The position numbers were made by a program, and so were the translations under genes. A DNA stretch of 64,000 nucleotides from Vulcanimicrobiales bacterium (lineage in GTDB: Bacteria; Vulcanimicrobiota; Vulcanimicrobiia; Vulcanimicrobiales; Vulcanimicrobiaceae): positions 1-64,000 of the forward strand of contig JBBRLI010000002.1 in NCBI GenBank assembly GCA_038231455.1. The letters run 5' to 3'. This document shows, in pieces, positions 29,553 to 39,237 of the stretch. How positions within the stretch are numbered: the stretch's first letter is position 1; every line of letters starts with the position of its first letter. Under the pieces are notes generated by a model. The model ran no database searches. It was given only the letters and a program-made list of their open reading frames with translations, and had not been told where the DNA came from.

Positions 29553-29751
29553 GCCTTTCCAGGGAGCAGTCGAGTCGCGCGATCATCTCATCCGCATCGC
29601 AAAGCGGAGTCGTTCGAGGACCGGTGGCGTTGCGTCTGTGGATGAGCGTCCCAGCGGGGCATTTTTAGGGCATTTGGAGAAAATAATCCGCGACTGAGGT
29701 CTTCCAGAACTGGGAGACCTCGTTACTTTTCCCTCACGTCCAGGATGGTTT

Positions 29752-31416
29752 ATGGCTTACGTCTACTCGATGCACCGCGTCTCGAAACTGATTCCCCCCA
29801 AGCGACAGATTATCAAAGATATCTCGCTGAGCTTCTTGCCCGGTGCGAAGATCGGCATCTTGGGAATCAACGGCGCCGGGAAATCGACCGTCCTGCGCAT
29901 TATGGCGGGCGTTGATACCGAGTACGACGGTGAGGCCAAAGCGGCGCCGAATTTGCAAATCGGCTATCTGGAACAAGAGCCCAAACTCGACCCCGATAAG
30001 ACTGTGCGCGAGACCGTTGAGGAATCACTCGGCGAGCTGATCGCCGCACGGAAACGCCTCAACGAAATTTACGAAGCGTACGGTGCCGAAAATGCGGATT
30101 TCGACCAGCTTGCCAAAGAGCAAGAGCGCATCGAGGCGGTCATTTTCGCTGCGGGCGACGATCTGGATCAGCAGTTAGAGATTGCCGCGGATGCGCTGCG
30201 TCTGCCGCCGTGGGATGCGAAGATCGGTCCACTCTCGGGCGGTGAGAAACGTCGCGTCGCACTGTGCCGCCTGTTGCTCTCCAAGCCCGACATGCTGCTG
30301 CTCGATGAACCAACCAACCATCTTGATGCCGAGAGCGTCGACTGGCTGGAAAATTATCTCGTGCGCTTTACCGGTACTGTCGTCGCTGTCACCCACGATC
30401 GATACTTCCTCGATAACGCGGCCGAGTGGATTCTCGAGCTGGATCGCGGCCACGGAATTCCGTGGAAGGGTAATTACAGCACTTGGCTCGAGCAGAAAAC
30501 GGCGCGTCTCGCGCAAGAAGAAAAAGAAGAGTCGGCTCGTCAGAAGGCTCTCAAACGCGAACTCGAATGGTCGCGCAAAGGCACCAAGGGTCAGCAGGTC
30601 AAGAGCAAGAGCCGCATGGCGCGCTTTGAAGAACTCTCGAGTTTCGAGTACCAGCAACGCAACGAAACGCAAGAAATGTTTATCCCCGTCGCCGAGCGGC
30701 TTGGCGACCAGGTCATTGATTTTCAAAACGTGAGCAAAGCTTACGGCGATCGTTTGCTCATGGAAAACGTGAACTTTTCAATTCCCGCTGGCGCAATCGT
30801 CGGGATCATCGGCCCAAACGGCGCCGGTAAGTCGACGCTCTTCCGCATGATTGCGGGCAAAGAGCAACCCGACAGCGGCACGATCAAGATCGGCAAAACC
30901 GTGAAGCTCGCGGTCGTCGATCAATCGCGCGAAGAACTCGGCAGCGACAAGACCGTCTTCAACGAAGTCAGCGGCGGTCTCGATATTATGATGGTCGGCA
31001 AATTCGAAATGCCCGCGCGTGCGTACCTTGGGCGATTCAACTTCAAAGGTGCAGACCAGCAAAAACCCGTTGGCCAACTCTCGGGTGGTGAACGCGGGCG
31101 CTTGCATCTCGCAAAGACGCTCGTCACCGGTGCCAACGTCTTGCTCCTCGACGAGCCTTCAAACGATCTCGATGTCGAGACGCTGCGCGCGCTCGAAGAT
31201 GCACTCGGGGAATTCGCCGGCACCGTGCTCTGTATTAGCCACGATCGCTGGTTCCTCAACCGTATTGCCACGCACATCATCGCCTTCGAAGGCGACTCGA
31301 GCGTGTTCTTTTACGAAGGCAACTATGCCGAATACGAAGAGAATAAAATCCAGCGTCTCGGGTCGGAAGCAGCCAAACCCCATCGCATTCGCTATCGGCC
31401 GCTGACGATCAAGTAG
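29752..31416 (+). CDS. ettA: energy-dependent translational throttle protein (ABC-F)
   Basis: KDISLSFLPGAKIG, two ABC domains, ELDRG.GIPWKGNYSTWLEQK, RYRPL C-terminus. Confidence 0.97.
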   Translation: MAYVYSMHRVSKLIPPKRQIIKDISLSFLPGAKIGILGINGAGKSTVLRIMAGVDTEYDGEAKAAPNLQIGYLEQEPKLDPDKTVRETVEESLGELIAARKRLNEIYEAYGAENADFDQLAKEQERIEAVIFAAGDDLDQQLEIAADALRLPPWDAKIGPLSGGEKRRVALCRLLLSKPDMLLLDEPTNHLDAESVDWLENYLVRFTGTVVAVTHDRYFLDNAAEWILELDRGHGIPWKGNYSTWLEQKTARLAQEEKEESARQKALKRELEWSRKGTKGQQVKSKSRMARFEELSSFEYQQRNETQEMFIPVAERLGDQVIDFQNVSKAYGDRLLMENVNFSIPAGAIVGIIGPNGAGKSTLFRMIAGKEQPDSGTIKIGKTVKLAVVDQSREELGSDKTVFNEVSGGLDIMMVGKFEMPARAYLGRFNFKGADQQKPVGQLSGGERGRLHLAKTLVTGANVLLLDEPSNDLDVETLRALEDALGEFAGTVLCISHDRWFLNRIATHIIAFEGDSSVFFYEGNYAEYEENKIQRLGSEAAKPHRIRYRPLTIK

Positions 31417-31431
31417 AGCACTCCGAGCAAA

Positions 31432-31466
31432 GAAAAAGCTCCCTCGCAGGCGAGAGAGCTTTTTTC
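31432..31466. terminator. bidirectional intrinsic terminator
   Basis: AAAAAGCTCcCTCG...CGAGaGAGCTTTTTT between convergent genes. Confidence 0.85.
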
Positions 31467-31481
31467 ATTTCCGGACGATGG

Positions 31482-32276
31482 TTACTTCCAGGCGGTCTGT
31501 GCCGAGTCGTTTCCGCGCACGGTCGACGCCGTTGACTTCGCTTTTGCCGTTGTCGGCGAAGGTGATGATGAACTGAGCTGCTTGGTCGTTGATTCGAGTT
31601 GTCCGGTCCACTTTTCGGTCAAGCGCGCCGCGGTGTCGCGACCGCCAAGCCCGAAGGCGAGCCCCAGTGCGAGCGCGAGCGCCGAGACGAGTCCGATGTA
31701 GAGCGTGTTGACAACGACTGGGGCAATATTGAGTTCGTTGATCGCCGCGATGATCGCAAAGGCCATGACGGCACCTTGCGTGAGTTTCGCAAGCAGCGGA
31801 GCGTTGCCAAGTCCCGCTTCGACGGCACTGCCGCGGACGATTCCGGAGAGAAGTTGTCCGAGGAACGCCCCCACGGTGAGGATGATCATCGCGACGAGGA
31901 TGTTCGGGATGAAGCCCAAGATTTGATTGATGATCTGCGAGACTTGCGGCATCCCGAGCTGCTCGGCGGCCATTTCCACAAACACCAGTCGAATGACCCA
32001 TTTGATCACTTCGCCGATGATGTCACTTGCGCGCAGCTGCGTGCCCGCGTTTTTTAGAAATCCATTGACGCCGGCGCGATCGCCAACAACGTCGACTTTC
32101 ACGGCCTTAGCGAGTTTGATGACGAGAGCGCCGATGATGCCAGCGATGATCCAGCCGATGACCAGCAGTAAGATCGCACCGATGATGTTCGGTATCGCGC
32201 TGAAGAGATGGGAAAGTCCGAAGGTAATTCCGGTAATCAGTCCGGCGGTCCAGTCGGTCACGGTTGATACGTTCAC
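31482..32276 (-). CDS. TM-helix-repeat (CmpX/MscS-associated) membrane protein
   Basis: Repeated IPNIIGA.LLL.IGW / IPNILVA.IIL, ALALGLAFGLGGRD; SD AGGAG before GTG 32276. Confidence 0.85.
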   Translation of the reverse strand: MNVSTVTDWTAGLITGITFGLSHLFSAIPNIIGAILLLVIGWIIAGIIGALVIKLAKAVKVDVVGDRAGVNGFLKNAGTQLRASDIIGEVIKWVIRLVFVEMAAEQLGMPQVSQIINQILGFIPNILVAMIILTVGAFLGQLLSGIVRGSAVEAGLGNAPLLAKLTQGAVMAFAIIAAINELNIAPVVVNTLYIGLVSALALALGLAFGLGGRDTAARLTEKWTGQLESTTKQLSSSSPSPTTAKAKSTASTVRGNDSAQTAWK

Positions 32277-32396
32277 AAAAGCTCCTAACGTGCGCATTCC
32301 GACCGAACCCGGTTCGTGCGGTTAGGAGCGCCTATACCCCAGAGCGATCAACTCAACGCAAGCAAGCGTTGGCGATAGTACGAGCCCAGGTTTCGA

Positions 32397-33386
32397 CTAG
32401 ACGGTGCGTGCCTCGATGTGGCCAAACGTCGCACTTCGCGTTGCAAGATCGCTGCGAGCTTCAGCGTACTCGCTTCGCAAACGAGCGACGAGATCTGGCA
32501 CCGTCAGCACCGCATCGACCGCACCGATCCCCTGGCCGCTCCCCCAAATGTCGCGCCACGCTTTCGCTGCTGTGTTTCCGCCGAAGTCCATCTTTGAGGG
32601 ATCGCTTTCGGGAAGATTCGCCGGATCGAGCCCGGCGCGCTCGATCGACGAGCGCAAATAGTTGCCATGCACGCCCGTGAACAGATTCGTGTAGATGATG
32701 TCATTTGCGCTTGAATCGACGATCGAGGCTTTGTAGTCGTCGCTTGCGTTTGCTTCTTGTGTTGCGATAAAAGCCGAACCGAGGTAGGCAAGATCAGCGC
32801 CGATCGCTTGCGCGGCAAGGATCGAGCGTCCCGTGGCAATCGAACCCGAGAGCACGAGCGGACCGTCGAACCATTGCCGAATTTCTTGCACGAGCGCAAA
32901 CGGCGAGAGCGTGCCGGCATGCCCGCCGGCGCCCGCGGCAACGGCGATTAGGCCATCCGCGCCTTTATCGATTGCCTTATGCGCGTGGACGATGTTGGTG
33001 ATGTCGTGCAGAACGATTCCGCCATACGAATGAACGGCTGCATTGACATCTTCGCGCGCGCCAAGCGACGTGATGACGATCGGCACTTTGTATTTGACGC
33101 ACATGCCCAAATCGTGTTCGAGGCGATCGTTCGACTTATGCACGATTTGGTTCACGGCAAACGGCGCGTCGCTTGGTGTGAGTGATGAGGTCAGTTCGGC
33201 GAGCCATTCATCGAGCTGCGCGGCCGGCCGCGCATTGAGCGCGGGGAACGAACCGACGATGCCTGCGCGGCACTGCGCGAGTACTAGGCGCGGTTGCGAA
33301 ATGATGAACAGTGGCGCGCCGATCGCGGGAAGCGTGAGACGAGCGGCAAGTCCCGTTGGCATACTCATCGGGGGCAGATTCCGCAT
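32397..33386 (-). CDS. nitronate monooxygenase family flavoprotein
   Basis: GAPLFIIS, GSFPALNAR, GAGGHAG, KAWRDIWGSGQG; start may be ATG 33368. Confidence 0.92.
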   Translation of the reverse strand: MRNLPPMSMPTGLAARLTLPAIGAPLFIISQPRLVLAQCRAGIVGSFPALNARPAAQLDEWLAELTSSLTPSDAPFAVNQIVHKSNDRLEHDLGMCVKYKVPIVITSLGAREDVNAAVHSYGGIVLHDITNIVHAHKAIDKGADGLIAVAAGAGGHAGTLSPFALVQEIRQWFDGPLVLSGSIATGRSILAAQAIGADLAYLGSAFIATQEANASDDYKASIVDSSANDIIYTNLFTGVHGNYLRSSIERAGLDPANLPESDPSKMDFGGNTAAKAWRDIWGSGQGIGAVDAVLTVPDLVARLRSEYAEARSDLATRSATFGHIEARTV

Positions 33387-33417
33387 CGCCTCCAGGCTTC
33401 CGGCTTCGCGCTAGCGC

Positions 33418-34407
33418 ATGGCTCGAGCGATGGATATTCTGATCATCGGGGGGAGCCGTTTTCTTGGACTGGCCACGGTCGAATCGGCGCATGCACGCGG
33501 ACATCGCGTCGCCACGTTCAATCGCGGCACGCGCCCGATGCCGGAGTTCGTCGAGTCGATCCTCGGCGATCGGTACGGCGATCTTGCGCCGCTGCGCGGA
33601 CGGCGGTTCGATGCGGTGATCGATGTTTGCGGCTATACACCACGTTCCGTCGGAGCGGCTGCAACGCTTCTCGGAGCCCATGCGAAGCACTACGTCTTCG
33701 TGTCGAGCGTGAGTGTCTATCCCTGGCCGATTGCGCCTGACATGACCGAAGACGGTGCTACCCAGGAGATGCCCACTGGCGCGGATCCAGACGTGGACGC
33801 CGTCGATGAAGCTTACGGCGCGCGCAAAGCGCTCTGCGAGGCGGCCGCAGATGCGGCGATGCCCGGTCGTACGTCGAGCGTGCGCGCGGGGATGATCGTC
33901 GGGCCGCACGATTATTTGGACCGGTTAACGTACTGGATCGAGCGCGCTCCCGCCGGAGGAAGGATGATCGCCCCCGGTGCCCCCGATCGGCCGCTCCAAC
34001 TCATCGACGTTGCGGATCTGGGCCACTTTCTTGTCTTGCTGGCCGAATCGGATGCCGCGGGCACGGTGAATGCGACCTCGCCCAACGGCGTCCTGACGAT
34101 GGGCGATCTCATTCTGGCCTGTTGCGCGAGCGCTCAGACGCCCGCGCAGCCGGTGTGGATCGATGATGCAGAACTCAACATGCTGGGGGTGGATGCGAGC
34201 ATCGAGGAACTCCCGTACTGGGTCGAGCGCCAGGAAAACGGCATTTTTCGGATCGACACGAGGAAGGCGATCGAACTCGGCCTGCAAACGCGCCCGCTCG
34301 CCGATTCCATCGCGCGAACCCGGGCCTGGATTGCAACGCGTACCGATCCCGCCCGCGATCGCGGCCTCGACCGCATCCGCGAGCAGACGATGCTCGCGGC
34401 GCGTTAA
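33418..34407 (+). CDS. NAD-dependent epimerase/dehydratase (isoflavone reductase-like)
   Basis: ILIIGGSRFLG, FNRG, FVSSVSVY, YGARKALCE. Confidence 0.88.
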   Translation: MARAMDILIIGGSRFLGLATVESAHARGHRVATFNRGTRPMPEFVESILGDRYGDLAPLRGRRFDAVIDVCGYTPRSVGAAATLLGAHAKHYVFVSSVSVYPWPIAPDMTEDGATQEMPTGADPDVDAVDEAYGARKALCEAAADAAMPGRTSSVRAGMIVGPHDYLDRLTYWIERAPAGGRMIAPGAPDRPLQLIDVADLGHFLVLLAESDAAGTVNATSPNGVLTMGDLILACCASAQTPAQPVWIDDAELNMLGVDASIEELPYWVERQENGIFRIDTRKAIELGLQTRPLADSIARTRAWIATRTDPARDRGLDRIREQTMLAAR

Positions 34408-34452
34408 GATGAGCCGCAACCGCTCCTATATCGTGGGGGTCAAAGGCCTGTT

Positions 34453-35076
34453 ATGATTTCGGCTTCGCGCGAACCGTCCGCTGCCGTCGTCGCCCAATTG
34501 GCGGCGATCGGGCGGTTCGCCGCATCGCGCGGCTGGGTTCCCGCGACCAGCGGCAATTTTTCCGCGCGTGTCGATTCGACGCACGCCGCTGTGACGCGCT
34601 CGGGCGTCGACAAAGGTGCACTCACGGCCGCGGATATCGCCGTGCTCGGCATCGACGATGCAATCCCCGCGGGCATGTCGGCGGAGACGCCGCTGCATCT
34701 GGCGCGCTATCGCTCCGACGCGCGAGTCGGTGCCGTCGTTCACGTGCACACCATCGCCTCGACCGTGCTCTCGCGTCTGGACGCTGCACGCGGCTCGATT
34801 TGGCTCTCGGGCTTTGAAATGCATAAGTCGCTGGCCGGATTTACAACCCACGAAAGCGTCGTCGACCTGCCGATTATCGATAACGCGCAAGATACCGTGC
34901 AACTCGCGGACATCATCGAATCGCGTCTCGGAGCGACACCGCTCGTGCCCGCGTATCTGCTCGCCGGCCACGGCCTCTACACATGGGGTGAAACGATGGA
35001 GGATGCTCGCCGCCACCTCGAAGGCCTCGAATTTCTCTTAGCCTGCACCCTCGAAGAACGGAGACTCTCCCGATGA
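34453..35076 (+). CDS. mtnB: methylthioribulose-1-phosphate dehydratase
   Basis: GWVPATSGNFS, SG.DKG, SAETPLH, HVH, GHGLYTWG, EGLEFL. Confidence 0.93.
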   Translation: MISASREPSAAVVAQLAAIGRFAASRGWVPATSGNFSARVDSTHAAVTRSGVDKGALTAADIAVLGIDDAIPAGMSAETPLHLARYRSDARVGAVVHVHTIASTVLSRLDAARGSIWLSGFEMHKSLAGFTTHESVVDLPIIDNAQDTVQLADIIESRLGATPLVPAYLLAGHGLYTWGETMEDARRHLEGLEFLLACTLEERRLSR

Positions 35077-35636
35077 CGACCGCAACGTTGCCCGCAACGA
35101 TCTTACGCGTGTTCGATGACACCGATCCGAGCGCACCGCGCATCGACACCACCGATCGCTCGGCAATTGCGCGTGAACTAGCCGCAATCGGTTGCCGGTT
35201 CGAGCGCTGGGAAGCGACGGTCCAATTGCCGGGCGATGCCGATCAGGCAGCGATTCTCGCTGCCTACGCGGGCGACGTGAAACGTTTGATGGATGAATCG
35301 GGCTATCAGAGCGCCGATGTGCTTACGATGAAGAAGGGCACGCCGAACACGCAGCCGATCCGCGCGAAATTCCTAAACGAACACACGCACGATGAAGACG
35401 AAATCCGTTTCTTCGTCGAGGGTTCGGCGTCGTTCTATCTGCGCAAGGGCGGCAAAGTTTATCAAACGATCTGCGTGCGCGGCGATCTCTTAGGCGTTCC
35501 CGCGCAGACGACGCACTGGTTTGACATGGGTTCGGATCCCGAATTCACCGCGATCCGTTTCTTCATGACGCAAGAAGGCTGGGTCGCGAAATTCACCGGC
35601 GATCCCATCGCCGAGCGCTTCCCAAAACTCCCGTGA
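35073..35636 (+). CDS. mtnD: acireductone dioxygenase
   Basis: RAKFLNEHTHDEDEIRFFVEG, GDLLGVPA.T.HWFDMG, GWVA.FTG. Confidence 0.95.
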   Translation: MTTATLPATILRVFDDTDPSAPRIDTTDRSAIARELAAIGCRFERWEATVQLPGDADQAAILAAYAGDVKRLMDESGYQSADVLTMKKGTPNTQPIRAKFLNEHTHDEDEIRFFVEGSASFYLRKGGKVYQTICVRGDLLGVPAQTTHWFDMGSDPEFTAIRFFMTQEGWVAKFTGDPIAERFPKLP

Positions 35637-36322
35637 TCGCCGCGCGCGTGCGCGCCGTCCTCACCGACATCGAAGGCACAACCGGCTCGATCGCCTTCGT
35701 GCGCGACGTGCTCTTTCCGTACGCGGACACGCACCTACGCGCATTCGTCGCAACCGAAGGCGGCCGACCCGAGGTGCGGGCGCTACTCGATGAGGCAGCA
35801 GCGATCGCCGAAGTCGACCCGCATGATGACGACGCGATCGTCGGCGCACTCCGCGCGTGGATTGCGGCCGATAAAAAAATCACTCCGCTCAAGGCGCTAC
35901 AGGGCCTGATTTGGGAAAACGGCTATAAGCGCGGTGAATTGCGAGGTCACGTCTATCACGATGCGGCGAACGCGTTAAAACGCTGGTTTGAAAGCGGCAT
36001 TATCCTTGCTGTCTATTCGTCCGGCTCCGTGGCCGCCCAGAAGTTGCTCTTCGGGCACAGTATTGACGGTGATCTCACGCCGCTGTTTTCCGCGTACTTC
36101 GATACGACAATCGGAGCGAAGTCTGATTCGTCATCGTACGAGCGAATCGCGGAGGCGCTTGGGCTCGATCCGGGTGATGGGATCTTTCTCAGCGACGTGG
36201 GTGCCGAGCTTGATGCCGCGCATTTCGCCGGCTGGAAAACAGCGCAGATCGTTCGCCCCGGGACGATCGGCTGCGCACATCATCACCGCGCGGTTGACTT
36301 CGATCAGCTCGATCTGAGCTGA
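35633..36322 (+). CDS. mtnC: enolase-phosphatase E1 (acireductone synthase)
   Basis: TDIEGTT.SI.FV.DVLFPY, LKALQGLIW, YSSGSV.AQKLLF, FLSD. Confidence 0.95.
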   Translation: MIAARVRAVLTDIEGTTGSIAFVRDVLFPYADTHLRAFVATEGGRPEVRALLDEAAAIAEVDPHDDDAIVGALRAWIAADKKITPLKALQGLIWENGYKRGELRGHVYHDAANALKRWFESGIILAVYSSGSVAAQKLLFGHSIDGDLTPLFSAYFDTTIGAKSDSSSYERIAEALGLDPGDGIFLSDVGAELDAAHFAGWKTAQIVRPGTIGCAHHHRAVDFDQLDLS

Positions 36323-36358
36323 AGCGGGATCGGCGTCCGGTTTGCCGATGATTACGAA

Positions 36359-37825
36359 GTGGATATGCTTCAACAATCTGAGGAGAAACGCCGCGGCATT
36401 GCTGCTGTGAGCGCGGGGCAGTACGGCGATGCGATTGTGATCTTGACCGGTTGCGTCCAATCCGGGCACGGCGATGCTGAGGTTTGCAATGCGCTCGGAA
36501 TCGCTCTGCGCGCGGTCGGCCGGGTTGATGAGGCCATCGCCCAGTTCCGGGCCGGGCTGGGGTACGGCGACGATGCCGCGCTCCTGACGAACCTTGGGAT
36601 CGCTCTTCAGGAACAGGGCGATCACGCCGGAGCGCTCGCGATTATGGATCGAGCCCTCGGCATCGATGCGACCGCGGCCGAACTTTGGCACGCTCGGGGC
36701 AATACGCTAACGCGTTTGGAACGGCTCCCCGATGCGCTTGCGTCGTACCAGAATGCCGTAGAGCGCAATCCGAACCTTGCAGCGGCGCATCTCGGCATGT
36801 ACGAAGTCGGACAGTTGCTCGGGCAGATCCCGCTTGCGCTCGAACATCAGGCTGCTGCACTTGCGATCTCGCGCGTCGTGAGCATTCCCGCGCAGCAGCA
36901 TCCTCCGAAGCGCTCGATTCTTCGGCTCTGTGCACCCGGAACGTGGCAAACGAATGCGCCGACCGAATTTATCGTCGATCCGCGCACGACGACGGTGCAC
37001 TCGTATTATCTCGCCCAAGACGGGCCGACGCCCGCCCTCCCCACATACGATCTGGTCTATAACGCAATCGCCGAAGGTGAGGATGTGCTGGTCTACCTTC
37101 AGCGCGCGGATGCATTCGTACGCTCGCAATCGCAGCCCGTGCTCAATACGCCCGAACGCGTGATCCGCATGACGCGTACCTGGGGCGCGAAAACGTTTGG
37201 CGCAATTCCCGGAGTGAGCGCGCCGACCACCCAGCGCGTTACGCGCGCCGGACTATCACATGTCAGCCTTCCGTTTCCTTGGATCGTCCGTCCGCTGGCC
37301 TCACATGCGGGGCACGGGCTCGAACGAGTCGATGATGCCGCCGGCATCACGGCGTACCTCACGCGCAATCCCGAAGAAGATTTCTACGTCGGAAAATTTG
37401 TCGACTACGCGAGCGCGGACGGCTACTACCGTAAGTATCGCGTGATCTTTATCGCGGGCCTCCCCTACGCGTATCACCTCGCGATCTCGCGGAAGTGGAT
37501 GATCCACTACTACAATGCCGAGATGGCCGAACAACAGTGGATGCGGGATGAAGAAGGCCGCTTCTTAGCCGATCTCTCCTCGGTGTTCGATGGACCGCGG
37601 ATGGATGCGCTGCACGCGATTGCGGCGGCCGTCGATATCGATTACTTCGGAATCGATTGCGGGATCGCGCCGGATGGTCGCGTGCTTGTGTTCGAGGCGG
37701 ATGCAGCGATGCTCGTGCACTGCAACGATCCAATTGAGGTCTATCCCTACAAGCACGAATATATTCCGCGCGTGATCGCGGCGTTCGATGCGCTCATTGG
37801 GGCGAAGATCGCGGGCCGCGCGTGA
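36359..37825 (+). CDS. TPR-repeat protein with C-terminal ATP-grasp-like domain
   Basis: TPRs (NALGIAL..GR.DEA, NLG.AL, RGNTL); FPWIVRP..SHAG.GL, DGYYRKYRV, DYFGIDC, LVFEAD. Confidence 0.8.
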   Translation: MDMLQQSEEKRRGIAAVSAGQYGDAIVILTGCVQSGHGDAEVCNALGIALRAVGRVDEAIAQFRAGLGYGDDAALLTNLGIALQEQGDHAGALAIMDRALGIDATAAELWHARGNTLTRLERLPDALASYQNAVERNPNLAAAHLGMYEVGQLLGQIPLALEHQAAALAISRVVSIPAQQHPPKRSILRLCAPGTWQTNAPTEFIVDPRTTTVHSYYLAQDGPTPALPTYDLVYNAIAEGEDVLVYLQRADAFVRSQSQPVLNTPERVIRMTRTWGAKTFGAIPGVSAPTTQRVTRAGLSHVSLPFPWIVRPLASHAGHGLERVDDAAGITAYLTRNPEEDFYVGKFVDYASADGYYRKYRVIFIAGLPYAYHLAISRKWMIHYYNAEMAEQQWMRDEEGRFLADLSSVFDGPRMDALHAIAAAVDIDYFGIDCGIAPDGRVLVFEADAAMLVHCNDPIEVYPYKHEYIPRVIAAFDALIGAKIAGRA

Positions 37826-39237
37826 GCCTCGACCCGCGCGATTGGCCGGCGTTCCGTAAACTCGCGCACGAGGCACTCGACGAGGCCATCGATTACGTCG
37901 AAAACATTCGCGAGCGTCCGGTATGGCAAGCGATACCCGACGATCTGCGCGCCACGTTTCGCTCGGCACCGATGCCGACTGAACCCACACCGCTTGCGGA
38001 TGTCTATGCGGAATTTCGCGACACGATTCTCCCGTATGCAACGGGCAACGTTCATCCGCGGTTTTACGGCTGGGTACATGGCGGCGGAACAGCAAGTGGC
38101 ATCGTCGCCGACCTGCTGACCTCGGCGATGAATGCGAACGTCGGCGGACGCGACCATGCCGCTGTCGAGATCGAGCGCGAAGTGCTGCGCTGGTGCTACG
38201 GACTCTTCGGCTTCCCCACTGAGGCGAGCGGTTTGCTCGTTACGGGGACCTCGCTTGCCAATGCGCTTGGGATCGCCGTTGCGCGTGGGGCGACGGGTGG
38301 GACGGAACGTCGTGCGGTGTATGCCGCCGAGACGGCACATAATTCCATTGACAAAGCACTACGACTCTGTGGCTATCCGCCGGGAACGCTGCGCCGCATC
38401 CCGGTCGATGCGAACGACCGCATCAATCTCGACGCGCTCGACGCGCAAATCGCAATCGATCGCGCAGCCGGCGTCGTGCCGGCCGTGATTGTGGCCTCGG
38501 CCGGTACCGTCGATGCTGGGGCGTTCGATGATTTGAACGCGCTAGCCGACCGGCGCGACCAACACAACATGTGGCTACACGTCGACGGTGCCTTCGGGGC
38601 TCTCGTCATTCTCGCGCCGACGCTGCGCGATCGACTCGCGGGAATCGAACGCGTCGATTCGCTCGCGTTTGATTTTCATAAATGGCTGCACGTGTCGTAC
38701 GATGCGGGTGCACTGCTCGTTCGGGACGGTGTCAAACACCGCGCCGCCTTTGCGACGGCGGCATCGTATCTCAAATCGACCGCGCGCGGGATCGCCGGTG
38801 GTGCGCCGTGGTTCACGGATTTCGGGATCGATCTTTCGCGCGGCTTCCGCGCGCTCAAAGTGTGGTTTGCGCTCAAAGAATTCGGGACCCAACGCATCGG
38901 CGAGCTCATCGCCGAGAATTGCGCGCAGGCCGCGCGCCTAGGCGATCGCATCGCGGCAAGCGTGAACTGCGAGCTCTCACTTCCCGTGCAACTGAACATC
39001 GTGTGTTTCCGCTACCGTCCCGCCGGGCTCTCTGGAACGCAGCTCGATGAACTCAACGAAGAGATCGCTCTCGACCTAGCGGAAAGCGGGTTCGCCGTCG
39101 TTTCCACGACCAGTGTTGGCGGGCGGCGCGTCTTGCGCATCAACCTCACCAACCATCGCACGACCGACGCTGACCTCAATCAAACGTTCGATGCGATCTG
39201 CGCGGCCGGAGCGCGGCTTAGTGGAGCGCTTCTCTAA
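37822..39237 (+). CDS. group II PLP-dependent amino acid decarboxylase
   Basis: HPRFYGWV, AHNSIDKA, AGTVD.GAFD, WLHVDGAFG, DFHKW, LSRGFRALKVW. Confidence 0.93.
   Translation: MSLDPRDWPAFRKLAHEALDEAIDYVENIRERPVWQAIPDDLRATFRSAPMPTEPTPLADVYAEFRDTILPYATGNVHPRFYGWVHGGGTASGIVADLLTSAMNANVGGRDHAAVEIEREVLRWCYGLFGFPTEASGLLVTGTSLANALGIAVARGATGGTERRAVYAAETAHNSIDKALRLCGYPPGTLRRIPVDANDRINLDALDAQIAIDRAAGVVPAVIVASAGTVDAGAFDDLNALADRRDQHNMWLHVDGAFGALVILAPTLRDRLAGIERVDSLAFDFHKWLHVSYDAGALLVRDGVKHRAAFATAASYLKSTARGIAGGAPWFTDFGIDLSRGFRALKVWFALKEFGTQRIGELIAENCAQAARLGDRIAASVNCELSLPVQLNIVCFRYRPAGLSGTQLDELNEEIALDLAESGFAVVSTTSVGGRRVLRINLTNHRTTDADLNQTFDAICAAGARLSGALL

Noticed and set aside
24541-29750. Intact mobile element or prophage at the tRNA
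   Set aside because: No integrase, transposase or att duplication recognised
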